Below are positions 38,077 to 47,713 of a stretch of 64,000 bases of DNA, piece by piece; positions within the stretch are counted from its first letter, which is position 1, and every line of letters starts with the position of its first letter. The notes below the pieces were generated by a model. That model saw only the letters and a program-made list of their open reading frames with translations, searched no databases and was not told the DNA's origin. The stretch is taken from positions 1-64,000 of the forward strand of contig JACKPA010000012.1 of the NCBI GenBank assembly GCA_024233865.1, given 5' to 3'. Origin of the DNA: Leptospiraceae bacterium. GTDB taxonomy: Bacteria; Spirochaetota; Leptospiria; Leptospirales; Leptospiraceae. The position numbers and the translations under genes were made by a program.

Positions 38077-39095
38077 GTAAAAACCCTTCTTACGGTATCT
38101 ATAAATAGTTTGACGTTATCTTCAGGTGTTTTTGGTAAAACTCCATGCCCTAAACTACAAACCCAACCTTTTCGCTCGCTACTATCCATGGATAAGATAG
38201 GATTTAAATAGTCCATAATACTTTTTTTCAAATCTCTTGTTTCTTGGAATAACAAAGATTGGTCAAAATTTCCTTGGATAAATCCATTTGTCGTAATTTG
38301 CAGTAATTTCGTAAGGTTGATTCTATGATCAAAACCAATTCCAGCCAATCCGTCTATAGGAAAAATTTTTTCCAAATGTCCTCTACTGGTTCCTTTGGAA
38401 TAATAGGCAACTTTTTTGGGAAATCGAGAACTGATGCTTTTTATATAAGGAATTACAATTTCCTCAAAATCAAAAGGGGATAACTCTCCCGCAGCAGTAT
38501 CAAAAATCATAACAATTTCAGCTCCACCATCCAATTGAAGTTGTATATTCCGAATAATAAGGTCTTCTAAAACCTTGAAAAACTTCTTTCTGAGGTCTAT
38601 TGCCTTTTTTGGTAATATCAAGTTACCATCGTGCTTCCCGACAACTGCATAGGTAAATAATGTCCATAAACCTCCGACAAAGCCAATCAAGGATTTGTTT
38701 TGGGGAAGCAACTCTCTTGTGAGTTTTAAGGCATCTTGCTGAAATTTTAGTCCGTTAATGGCTTCTTCGATTGGTTTAAGTCTGTTAACATTGATTTCAT
38801 TAAGCTGCCAACCCAATTTCGGTCCGATATCCGTATAAGCAAGACCCATACCCAAGCTTTCAAGAGGAAAAAGTAAGTCTGAAAATAAAATAGCTACGTC
38901 AAAGTCAAAATCTAAAATCGGACCAAGAGCTACTTTTGCTGCTAATTCCGGCTCTTTGCACAAATCCATAAAACTATATTTTGATCTAAGAGATTGGTAG
39001 TGTTTATGGTACCTACCTGCCTGCCTCATAAACCATATTGGCGGTGTTTTTTGTTCTGTTCTGTTTATCGCATTAGTGAAATTTTCATTTGCCAC
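38073..39095 (-). CDS. hemE: Uroporphyrinogen decarboxylase
   Basis: PIWFMRQAGRY signature near the N-terminus; 340 aa. Confidence 0.9.
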   Translation of the reverse strand: MANENFTNAINRTEQKTPPIWFMRQAGRYHKHYQSLRSKYSFMDLCKEPELAAKVALGPILDFDFDVAILFSDLLFPLESLGMGLAYTDIGPKLGWQLNEINVNRLKPIEEAINGLKFQQDALKLTRELLPQNKSLIGFVGGLWTLFTYAVVGKHDGNLILPKKAIDLRKKFFKVLEDLIIRNIQLQLDGGAEIVMIFDTAAGELSPFDFEEIVIPYIKSISSRFPKKVAYYSKGTSRGHLEKIFPIDGLAGIGFDHRINLTKLLQITTNGFIQGNFDQSLLFQETRDLKKSIMDYLNPILSMDSSERKGWVCSLGHGVLPKTPEDNVKLFIDTVRRVFT

Positions 39096-39246
39096 TAAAA
39101 ACCTCCTTCACTCCATTCCATTTCAATATATCAGTTTATTTTAACCATTTTTTCAAGCTCAATAGGATAGTCCCACACTATTTTCGAGAGAATTTTTTCC
39201 CTATTCAAAAAAGACACTAAAAAAAAAATAGCATGAGGAGAAAATT

Positions 39247-42200
39247 ATGGCTATAACAGAAAAACAATTTATCGAATTATTGCAAGAAAAACTCCTTGTA
39301 ATTGACGGTGCCATGGGCACAAGTCTGCAAAACCAAAATCTCACAGCACAAGATTTTGGAGGTGTTGGATATGAAGGCTGTAATGAATATCTACTGATTT
39401 CCAAGCCGGAAGCAATTAAAAAAGTTCACCTAGGCTATTTGGAAGCTGGATGTGATATTATCGAAACCAATACTTTTGGCTCTACCCCTATTGTGCTTTC
39501 CGAATACGGTTTGCAAAACAGAGCCTATGAGATTTCTAAACTAGGGGCTGTTATAGCAAAAGAATCCGTAAAAGAATACACCGATAAAGCCAAACCAAAC
39601 CGTAAAATTTTGGTTGCGGGTTCGATTGGACCAACCACCAAAACCATATCCGTTACTGGTGGAGTAAATTTCCAAGAACTCATAGATTCTTTTTATATCC
39701 AAGCCAAAGGTTTACTCGACGGAGATTGTGACATGTTTTTGATCGAAACGGCTCAAGATACCTTGAACATCAAAGCCGGACTGATTGCCATCAACCAATT
39801 GTTTCGAGAATACGGAAAAAGAATCCCCATTATGATTTCCGGTACTATCGAGCCTATGGGTTCTATGCTTGGCGGACAAAATATCGAGGCTTTGGCAATA
39901 TCCACAGAGCACGCCAGACCAATCACAATCGGACTCAATTGTGCTACTGGACCATCTTTTATGACAGACCACATTCGAACTCTGGCATCTTCAACTTCCT
40001 CTTATGTGTCTTGTGTCCCCAATGCCGGTCTACCTGACGAGAACGGGTTATACAATGAGTCACCAGAAGACATTGTGAAAGTTTTGGACAAATTTGTTGA
40101 TTCCGGTTGGGTGAATTTGATTGGCGGTTGCTGTGGAACAACTCCGGAACACATTCGCTTGATGGCTGAAATGACAAAAGGGAAAAAGCCAAGAATTCCT
40201 GTCGCAATCAAAAAAACCAGAGTTTCCGGAATCGAACCTTTGATAGTAGAAGAAGAAAACCGACCTTACATGGTTGCGGAAAGAACAAATTCTTTAGGCA
40301 GTAGGATATTCAGGCAACTCATAGCTGATGAGAAATTTGAGGAAGCTTCTGAAATAGCGAGGAAACAGATTCGAGCAGGTGCCCAAATCATCGACGTATG
40401 CTTGCAAAACCCTGACAGAGACGAAATCACAGACATGAAACGTTTTATAAGTGTGCTTGTGAAAAAAGTCAGAGCACCCATCATGATAGATTCAACGGAT
40501 GAAAAGGTCCTAGACGTTGCTCTCAAATACTGCCAAGGCAAAACCATTTACAATTCCATCAATCTGGAAAACGGAGAAGAAAGGTTTGAAGTAGTGGCTC
40601 CTATCCTCAAGCAATACGGAGCTGCCGTTGTAGTTGGCTGTATTGATGACAACAAAGAGCAAGGAATGGGTGTCACGGTAGCTAGAAAGCTAGAGATTGC
40701 AGAGAAATCACACAAATTGCTTACTCAAAAATACCAAATCCCCGAAGAAGACATTATTTTTGACCCATTAGTATTTCCGGTAGGTACCGGTGATGAAACT
40801 TACATTCTGTCAGCAGAGGCAACTATCCAAGGCGTAGCCGCCATCAAAAAACGGTTTCCCAAATGTAAAACAATTCTTGGTATATCTAACGTATCCTTTG
40901 GACTTCCCGATGCTGGGAGAGAAGTTTTGAATTCGGTGTTTCTCTACCATAACGTAAAAGCCGGCTTAGATATGGCAATTGTGAATACACAAAAATTAGA
41001 GAGATATCCTTCTATCCTCGAACACGAAAAAAAGCTAGCGGAAGACTTGCTTTTTCATACAACTGAGTCCTACTCAAAAGCTTTAGGAGACTTTGCCGAA
41101 TACTTTAAAGGCAAGTTATCAAAAGCAAAAGAGAAAAAGGACATGTCTTCTTTATCGCTAGATGAAAGATTATCACTCTACATAGTGGAAGGTGCGGTAG
41201 ACGGTCTCATTGATGATTTGAATCTAAAACTCGTCAACACAAAACCACTCGATATTGTGAATGGTCCTCTTATGACTGGTATGGCAGAGGTAGGAAGGCT
41301 ATTTAACGATAACCAATTAATCGTCTCCGAAGTCTTGCAGAGTGCGGAAAGCATGAAAAAAGCCGTATCGCATCTAGAACAATACATGGAAAAAACGGAA
41401 GATTCCATAAAAGGAAGAATGGTTTTGGCAACCGTAAAAGGTGATGTCCATGACATTGGAAAGAACCTCGTTGACATTATCTTTTCCAACAATGGATACA
41501 AGGTAATTAACTTAGGGATCAAAATTCCACCAGAAGATATCATCAAAGCTTGCAAAGAACACAAACCCGATATGCTTGGTTTATCCGGATTACTGGTAAA
41601 ATCAGCCCAGCAGATGACCATAACCGCAGCCGACTTGAGAGATGCTGGAATTAATGTTCCAATGCTGGTAGGTGGTGCTGCCCTATCGGAAGCGTTTACA
41701 AGGAATAAAATCGCATCCAATTATGAGGGAACGGTTATCTATGCAAAAGATGCCATGAATGGCTTGGACCTTGCCAATCAGTTGATGAGTCCGATTGGGC
41801 GAAAGGCTTTGGAAGAAGAATGGAGCAAACCATTCGATGAAAGTCATAAAGAGCAGTCCAAACAAAGGAAAAGAGAATCAGAAGCAGAAAAGGTGGAATT
41901 TCGATATGACTATGGAATTTTAACTCCGCCAAGCCTGACTCCTCAAATTCTAAAAAACGTATCTTTGGACTTGGTCTATCCTTACGTAAACCCCGTTATG
42001 TTGTACAAAAAACATCTCGGTTACAAAGGAAGAGTTGGAGATGGTAAAAGTGTGGATGACCCTAAATTTGTAGAATTGTGCACAAAGGTCTCAGAGCTGC
42101 AAGATGAAGTGATTTCCAAGCAATTGTATACGGCAAACGGAATATACCAATTTTTTCGAGCCGGGTCAGACGGAGATGAACTCGTTATTTTGGATTCTAC

Positions 42201-42723
42201 GGGGAAAAAGGAATTGGAAGTCTTTCGTTTTCCGAGACAAAAATTCGGAGCCGGTTTGTGTTTGTCGGATTTTGTTGCTCCTTTGGGTAGCGGAAGGGAA
42301 GACTTTATCTGTATGTTTCTTGTCACCGCCGGAATAGGCGTAAGGGAAAAGGCAGAAGAGTTGAAAAACAAAGGAGAATTCCTGAAGTCCCACATGCTGT
42401 CAGCTCTGGCTTTGGAAACTGCGGAAGCTTTTGCCGAATTTTTACACCAGAAAATACGGGAAATGTGGGGAATACAAGACCCAACGCTAAGCATGCAAGA
42501 AATTTTCCAAGCAAAGTATACGGGAATTCGAGTCAGTTTCGGATATCCTGCGTGCCCGAATTTGGAAGATCAAGAAAAACTGTTCCGTCTGCTTTTACCT
42601 CCTAAAGATTTGGGAGTTTCTTTAACAGAAGGCTATATGATGGAACCGGAAGCGTCTGTTTCTGCTATTGTATTCCAACATCCTATGGGAAGATACTTTA
42701 GCGTAAAAGACAATGAAGAATAG
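39247..42723 (+). CDS. metH: Cobalamin-dependent methionine synthase
   Basis: Homocysteine-binding N-terminus (VIDGAMGT), pterin-binding domain, B12-binding GDVHDIGKN, and the C-terminal AdoMet-activation domain; 1158 aa. Confidence 0.95.
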   Translation: MAITEKQFIELLQEKLLVIDGAMGTSLQNQNLTAQDFGGVGYEGCNEYLLISKPEAIKKVHLGYLEAGCDIIETNTFGSTPIVLSEYGLQNRAYEISKLGAVIAKESVKEYTDKAKPNRKILVAGSIGPTTKTISVTGGVNFQELIDSFYIQAKGLLDGDCDMFLIETAQDTLNIKAGLIAINQLFREYGKRIPIMISGTIEPMGSMLGGQNIEALAISTEHARPITIGLNCATGPSFMTDHIRTLASSTSSYVSCVPNAGLPDENGLYNESPEDIVKVLDKFVDSGWVNLIGGCCGTTPEHIRLMAEMTKGKKPRIPVAIKKTRVSGIEPLIVEEENRPYMVAERTNSLGSRIFRQLIADEKFEEASEIARKQIRAGAQIIDVCLQNPDRDEITDMKRFISVLVKKVRAPIMIDSTDEKVLDVALKYCQGKTIYNSINLENGEERFEVVAPILKQYGAAVVVGCIDDNKEQGMGVTVARKLEIAEKSHKLLTQKYQIPEEDIIFDPLVFPVGTGDETYILSAEATIQGVAAIKKRFPKCKTILGISNVSFGLPDAGREVLNSVFLYHNVKAGLDMAIVNTQKLERYPSILEHEKKLAEDLLFHTTESYSKALGDFAEYFKGKLSKAKEKKDMSSLSLDERLSLYIVEGAVDGLIDDLNLKLVNTKPLDIVNGPLMTGMAEVGRLFNDNQLIVSEVLQSAESMKKAVSHLEQYMEKTEDSIKGRMVLATVKGDVHDIGKNLVDIIFSNNGYKVINLGIKIPPEDIIKACKEHKPDMLGLSGLLVKSAQQMTITAADLRDAGINVPMLVGGAALSEAFTRNKIASNYEGTVIYAKDAMNGLDLANQLMSPIGRKALEEEWSKPFDESHKEQSKQRKRESEAEKVEFRYDYGILTPPSLTPQILKNVSLDLVYPYVNPVMLYKKHLGYKGRVGDGKSVDDPKFVELCTKVSELQDEVISKQLYTANGIYQFFRAGSDGDELVILDSTGKKELEVFRFPRQKFGAGLCLSDFVAPLGSGREDFICMFLVTAGIGVREKAEELKNKGEFLKSHMLSALALETAEAFAEFLHQKIREMWGIQDPTLSMQEIFQAKYTGIRVSFGYPACPNLEDQEKLFRLLLPPKDLGVSLTEGYMMEPEASVSAIVFQHPMGRYFSVKDNEE

Positions 42724-42989
42724 AGTTATCCTCTGGAGAATTTCTATTGGATTTTCTAAGCGTAATCCCCATTTTCTTCATTTTGTAACATTGAGTTACT
42801 ACTATAGGGAATGTATATTTCTAACCTTATGCCTTGGCTATTTTCTTCTATTATTCTTGTATTCATACTTTTATTATCGGATTTTTATCACATTCCTTTA
42901 TAGCCTCACACAAAATTTCTATTTGTGTCATCTAACCAAAGCTTGAATTATCAACTTCTTTATACAATCTACAGTTCGTATTTTATTGT

Positions 42990-43150
42990 CGTAAAATTAA
43001 GGCTTTTCAAATGGCATCTAACGTTAGAGCATACCCGCTGAGGAAGTGAGCCAAAGTGGAAGTTGCTCACTTCCTTGCACCGAGACAGGCTTAGTCTTCC
43101 AAGCAAGTGCAGTGCCTTGAAGCCACTCAGTCACAGCACTTGCAGTAGTC
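42990..43150. other. GC-rich (~50%) multi-hairpin intergenic segment of unknown nature (candidate structured RNA or mobile-element end)
   Basis: Contains the 10-bp palindrome ctaacgttag, a perfect 10-bp stem ggaagtgagc/gctcacttcc, an 8-bp stem gcaagtgc/gcacttgc enclosing agtgcc/gccact, and a 4-bp stem agac/gtct; no ORF of 60 aa or more. Confidence 0.3.
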
Positions 43151-43236
43151 TGAAAGTACACATTAATAATTAATAAAAATAATGAATATATTTATTATTT
43201 TTATTGACATTGATTTTTTTACTGAGAGTATTGTTA

Positions 43237-44084
43237 TGACAAATAAAATGAAAAAAAAGAGAATTTTGATCGTATTCGCGGTCCTTATTGTAGTTGGGAT
43301 TTTTATCAGGCTCGGATTACCGTTTGTAATGAAAAAAATGGGGTTGCACCCTGAATACAATGGTCAACACTACCTTTTACCCAAAGGAAAGGCATTGATT
43401 ATAACGACGAGTCATGATAAATTGGGGGAAAATGGGGACGATACCGGGGTAGCTGCCTCTGAGTTGACTGCCCCTTATTATGAATTTGTCGAAGGTAGAA
43501 TGTCGGTAGACTTAGCCAGCATCAAAGGCGGAAAAATTCCTATAGACCCAATTTCTTTGAGATGGTTGATCAAAACTAAATACGATGATCGTTATCTGGC
43601 AGACCCGGATTTGCAAAACAAGGTCAATAATTCATTGAAGATTGATAATGTAGACTTCACAAAATACGACATCATCTTTTTAGCCGGGGGTTGGGGAGCT
43701 GCATATGATCTTGGCTATTCTAAAGTACTGGGTAAAAAAATAACGGAAGCTTACAAAGCCCGCAAAGTCATCGGTGGTGTTTGTCACGGCCTACTCGGTT
43801 TATTATTGGCCCGTGACGAAAATGATGAATCACTTCTTAAAGGGAAAAAAATTACTGCAGTCACAAATAAACAGATTGAAGAGCTTGGTATTTCCATTAC
43901 CCCCCAGCACCCGGAAAGGGAACTAAGGGCAGCTGGAGCAAAGTTTGAAAGCACTACTGCCTTTCGGGATTTTTTTGCCAATCATGTTGTTATTGATGGT
44001 CGTATCGTTTCCGGACAAAACCAGAATGCCGGTCCCGAGGTTGCTAACAAGATGATGAAAATAGCAGGAGGAACTCGAAGATGA
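43237..44084 (+). CDS. DJ-1/PfpI (class-I glutamine amidotransferase-like) family protein with an N-terminal membrane anchor
   Basis: DIIFLAGGWGAAYDL...KVIGGVCHGLLGLL nucleophile-elbow Cys; transmembrane helix after MTNKMKKKR. Confidence 0.6.
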
Positions 44085-45595
44085 AAAAATTACTTACAAA
44101 CAATCTGGTTCAGTTGATTCTGCGTGTTTTATCGAGTTTAGTTGGATTGATATTGCTTTTGATGGGACTTGGTTTTCTTATATTACCAGAAGTTTTTGCG
44201 ATAAACCTATTTATAGAACCTACCCGTGCTGTAGGCATCAACTCATTAAGAGGTGACCTCGGCGCACTATTTCTGGGTATGAGTTTCTTTTGCCTGCTTG
44301 CTATATTGTCTTCTTATCGGAGGTTGTTGCTGATTCCCATCGTTTTTCTTGCCCTGGTAGTAACCGGCAGATTAGTGAGTTATGTTATTGATGATAATCC
44401 TATTGTTCTTGTTAGTTCTCTCATTTCTGAATTGGTTTTTTTATCTATTCTGACTTTATCACTTGTTTCCTTTTCTTTTAATTCGGATTCAAAAAATAAT
44501 CTACCAACGTTGAAAACGCTTTTTAATAAAAAATTCATAATATCAACCATTGTTATAATTCTACTAGTTATTGTTGCACTTACCGGACAACGTCAGTTGG
44601 GAACGTTTTTATGGAATAGATTAGCCGGCAAACAAATGCAGCAAAATAGGATTAGTAACTTACCTGACGGTTTACATGTGGGTCTGGCAGGTACCGGTTC
44701 ACCTATGCCTGATGCTAAAAGAAAAGGGGTGTGTACTTTTGTGCTGGCAGGAAAAAAACTATTTATTGTTGATTCAGGACCGGGAAGCACGTTAAACTTG
44801 GAACTTATGCAAGTGCCTTTGAGTAAGATAGAGGCAGTTCTGATAACGCATTTACACTCGGATCATATCGGTGGGCTGGGAGAATTAATGTTAAAGGCCT
44901 GGGCGACCGGAGCCAGAACAAAACCGTTAAAAATATTTGGTCCGAAAGGAGTTGATATCATGGTAAAGGGATTCAACCAGGCATATTCTGTCGATGCAGA
45001 ATTCCGCTTTGCCCATCATGGAGACGCTGTGACACCAATGGAAGGTCATGGTGGTTTACCTCAAACAATAGAGGGTTTTGATGAAAATCGGGCAGCAGTT
45101 GTTTATCAAAGTGATGATGTAAAGGTAATAGCCTTTTTAGTTGATCACCAACCGGTAAAACCGGCCCTCGGTTTTCGTTTTGATTATAAGGGTCGATCAG
45201 TGGTTATCAGCGGAGATACTCTACCAAATGAATCTTTAAGATACCATAGTAAAAATGTTGATTTACTATTCCATGAAGCCTTACAACCAAAGATGCTCCG
45301 TATTCTAAATCGTGCAGCTATCAATAATGGACGCAAAGTAATTGCCCATGTTACTTCGGATATATTAACCTATCATACATTTCCTGAAGAAGCAGCACGA
45401 ATTGCCCGAGATGCAGATGTACATCACCTGGTATTTCACCATCTTATTCCACCAATACCGGTAGCTATTTTAAATTCTGCTTTTATAGGTGATTCAAAGA
45501 AGTATTATGATGGACCCATTACAGTTGGGGTGGAGGGCATGCTTTTCAGTTTGCTTCCTAACACGAAAAAAATTCTAAAAGAATGGTTTTTATAA
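44081..45595 (+). CDS. MBL-fold metallo-hydrolase with an N-terminal multi-TM domain
   Basis: ~5 transmembrane helices, then LITHLHSDHIGG (HxHxDH) and downstream His/Asp ligands (HEAL; HHLIPP). Confidence 0.75.
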   Translation: MKKLLTNNLVQLILRVLSSLVGLILLLMGLGFLILPEVFAINLFIEPTRAVGINSLRGDLGALFLGMSFFCLLAILSSYRRLLLIPIVFLALVVTGRLVSYVIDDNPIVLVSSLISELVFLSILTLSLVSFSFNSDSKNNLPTLKTLFNKKFIISTIVIILLVIVALTGQRQLGTFLWNRLAGKQMQQNRISNLPDGLHVGLAGTGSPMPDAKRKGVCTFVLAGKKLFIVDSGPGSTLNLELMQVPLSKIEAVLITHLHSDHIGGLGELMLKAWATGARTKPLKIFGPKGVDIMVKGFNQAYSVDAEFRFAHHGDAVTPMEGHGGLPQTIEGFDENRAAVVYQSDDVKVIAFLVDHQPVKPALGFRFDYKGRSVVISGDTLPNESLRYHSKNVDLLFHEALQPKMLRILNRAAINNGRKVIAHVTSDILTYHTFPEEAARIARDADVHHLVFHHLIPPIPVAILNSAFIGDSKKYYDGPITVGVEGMLFSLLPNTKKILKEWFL

Positions 45596-45639
45596 TAATA
45601 ATTGATTTTATGATAAATAGAGAAAAAAGGAAATACAAT

Positions 45640-46002
45640 ATGAACAAATATTTATTCATCTTCAGCATACTCTTTAGTTCAGGTTTATTTGCCCAACAAA
45701 CCGTTCAAATTCTAACGGTTTGCAAAGAAGAAAAGGAAAATTTTTGTTCTAAAAATTCAAATAGCAATATTGAGGTTATCCAATGCCTACTAGAAAATGA
45801 ATCCAAGCTTTCGAAGGATTGTAGGAAAGAGATTCAATCCTCTATGGAAAAAGTAAAAAATAGTGGAAAGGAAGATTGCAAAGAAGATGTAAAAAAACAT
45901 TGTAGGTGGACAGTTCCGGGAGGCGGACGAATCATCAAATGTCTCTTAAAAAACGAAAAGAATTTATCCAAACAATGTCTAAAAACATTGAATGACATTT
46001 AA
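45640..46002 (+). CDS. Secreted cysteine-rich-repeat protein (two Cys_rich_FGFR-like repeats)
   Basis: Signal peptide MNKYLFIFSILFSSGLFAQQ; two repeats of C-x5-6-C-x(8-13)-C-L-L-x-N-E-x-x-L-S-K-x-C (the second includes VPGGGRIIKCLL). Confidence 0.55.
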   Translation: MNKYLFIFSILFSSGLFAQQTVQILTVCKEEKENFCSKNSNSNIEVIQCLLENESKLSKDCRKEIQSSMEKVKNSGKEDCKEDVKKHCRWTVPGGGRIIKCLLKNEKNLSKQCLKTLNDI

Positions 46003-46010
46003 CGAAACAA

Positions 46011-46032
46011 GGGTAAACAAAGTGGTTTACCC
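46011..46032. terminator. Hairpin gggtaaac-aaagtg-gtttaccc (second copy of the 11410 motif)
   Basis: 8-bp perfect stem beginning 9 bp after the stop of the Cys-rich gene. Confidence 0.4.
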
Positions 46033-46090
46033 CAATACCAGACTAATGAATAAAATATATTATTGAAAAATGGTAATTATTCAGGTCTAA

Positions 46091-46420
46091 TTAAGCCTGA
46101 TTTGGTATAAAAGGCTTACCTCTGAAAACTAGACTGATTCCTTCAAGGACATTCCGTTTGTTTTTCTTCAAAGTAGAAATATAACCTCTACAACAGGCGA
46201 AATAATCCGCCCCCTCCTTGCTTCTAAAACATCCTGAAACTTTTTGATGTGTTTTCATCATTCTGTGATCACGTTCTACTTGATTGTTGTCAAATGGAAC
46301 TGTGAAGTCAATCATAAATTTTAATATGCTATCAGAATGCTCAGTAAACCTATCCAGTAAGTTGCGAGATTTAGTCTGTTTTACACGCCCTCTTTGACCC
46401 TTCACTCGCATGACTCGCAT
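46091..46420 (-). mobile_element. IS66-family transposase C-terminal remnant (truncated)
   Basis: VPFDNNQVERDHRMMKTHQKVSGCFRSKEGADYFACCRGYISTLKK resembles the IS66 TnpC C-terminal domain (…NNxAER..R…K…G.FRS..GA…..R.Y.ST.K..); the upstream ~400 aa of a full transposase are absent. Confidence 0.5.
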
Positions 46421-46624
46421 GGCACGTTGTTTCTGACATTTGGAAGTCCTTCTACTTTACAGTTTACCCTTCTTCTTAGAACTAATTTATCATTAGTCAA
46501 GACTTTTTTTATATTGGATTTTCATCTTTGAACCGAATTCAGCTTAAAAACGAACTTTTGATGTTTTTTTTAGAAAGTGTCAGTTCCTTAAAAAATTTGC
46601 AATTTTTCTTATCCGAAACTCACG

Positions 46625-47713
46625 TTATTTATATCTCTCAGTTGGTGAAATGATGTCAGGAGCTTCACTCGGTTGCTCTGATAAAGTAATACTGAAATAT
46701 TCCTTTGCAGTCGAAATAACTGTGTCGCTACTTTTTGATTTTCCACTTAGTTCCCATCTATACTTCCCTATATCCAATATACTTAAGTCCGTTATTTTGT
46801 AATAGTTTTGCTTGACTGCTTTTTTCAATATTAGTTTTTCCCTTCCACGTTTTTTTAATTGATAGAGTTTTAATTGGTAGTAGTTTGTCTTTGGTATTTT
46901 TTTCCATCTAAAATCCAAAGACTTTTTAAAAGACATATCTATACTTGCTTTTTGAATCGGGTAAAGCATTTTAGCTTTGATTTTGATTTTATCTTTGGGT
47001 TTTTGAATTAAAGGTCTTGGTTTGGATGGGGATGCGGCTTTTTTCTGAGTCGATGATGGTGTATTTAATTTTGGTGATTGGCTTGCTATTCTTTCATTAT
47101 CTTTACCCAGTAAGTGTATACTGTTATCATTAACAATTGCCATTTGTTGGGCTTCAATTTCTTTTTCAAACTCCGGTGTTTTTATAGTTGCTTTTCCCTG
47201 TGTTAGATTAATGTGTAAATCCTGTTTATCTCCGTTAAACAAACTTATATTTCCATTTTGCATTGTGATTTTTCTGTTGTGAGAGTGTATATTTAAAGAG
47301 TTCTTACTTTTTCTCTCCGTTGAGATTTTTCCTTGTACAAAGTCTATATCTAAAGAGTTTTTGGAAAGTTCTATAAGCACCATTGTATTTTCTTCCATGT
47401 TGATTTTTGTTCCGTCGCTAAGTATGATTTCAGCATTTGCCAGTTCGCCCGTCCGAATAGTATCAAAGTTCATGATTGGCATATCTTGTCTGATTTCTCT
47501 CCAAACGACCCTACCATTTGGTTTCCTGTGTATGGTTCGTTTCATGGAGGCGATGATACCAATAATCTGTGTATTGTGGACTTGGATTTCTTGCTTTATA
47601 TCAGAATACAAAAGGTAAGAAAACAAAAAAATCAGAGAACTCAAAATCAATACAACCAACTTTCGACCGTATAAAAAATTCATAGATTTACTTATGCTTC
47701 CTTGCAAAAACAC
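46625..47713 (-). CDS. FecR-domain protein with a Pro/Lys-rich linker, membrane-anchored
   Basis: N-terminal transmembrane helix; FecR-like RVVWREIRQDMPIMNFDTIRTGELANAEIILSDGTKINMEE; overlaps the upstream cyclase gene by 26 bp. Confidence 0.5.
   Translation of the reverse strand: MFLQGSISKSMNFLYGRKLVVLILSSLIFLFSYLLYSDIKQEIQVHNTQIIGIIASMKRTIHRKPNGRVVWREIRQDMPIMNFDTIRTGELANAEIILSDGTKINMEENTMVLIELSKNSLDIDFVQGKISTERKSKNSLNIHSHNRKITMQNGNISLFNGDKQDLHINLTQGKATIKTPEFEKEIEAQQMAIVNDNSIHLLGKDNERIASQSPKLNTPSSTQKKAASPSKPRPLIQKPKDKIKIKAKMLYPIQKASIDMSFKKSLDFRWKKIPKTNYYQLKLYQLKKRGREKLILKKAVKQNYYKITDLSILDIGKYRWELSGKSKSSDTVISTAKEYFSITLSEQPSEAPDIISPTERYK

Noticed and set aside
39096-39246. Cobalamin riboswitch upstream of metH
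   Set aside because: The leader is only ~150 nt, AT-rich, and has no recognisable B12-box. A B12-dependent metH is not normally under a B12 riboswitch.
43040-43075. Resemblance of GAGGAAGUGAGCCAAAGUGGAAG to the SRP RNA domain IV motif (GGAAGCAGCCAAGGCAG)
   Set aside because: In SRP RNA these bases sit in conserved internal loops around a GNRA tetraloop. Here they form a perfect 10-bp helix with a 13-nt loop, and the similarity is short enough to be chance.
42990-43150. Whether the GC-rich intergenic segment is a tRNA or tmRNA (a common island integration target)
   Set aside because: No GTTCRANYC T-loop, no 7-bp acceptor stem with a CCA-proximal end, and no tmRNA tag reading frame was found. 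The hairpin geometry does not fit a cloverleaf.
46040-46130. IS66 terminal inverted repeat (GTAAGC…) next to the transposase remnant
   Set aside because: The only GTAAGCC-like string lies inside the remnant ORF and not at a terminus. No matching second inverted repeat was found, so the element ends cannot be defined, which is consistent with a decayed fragment.
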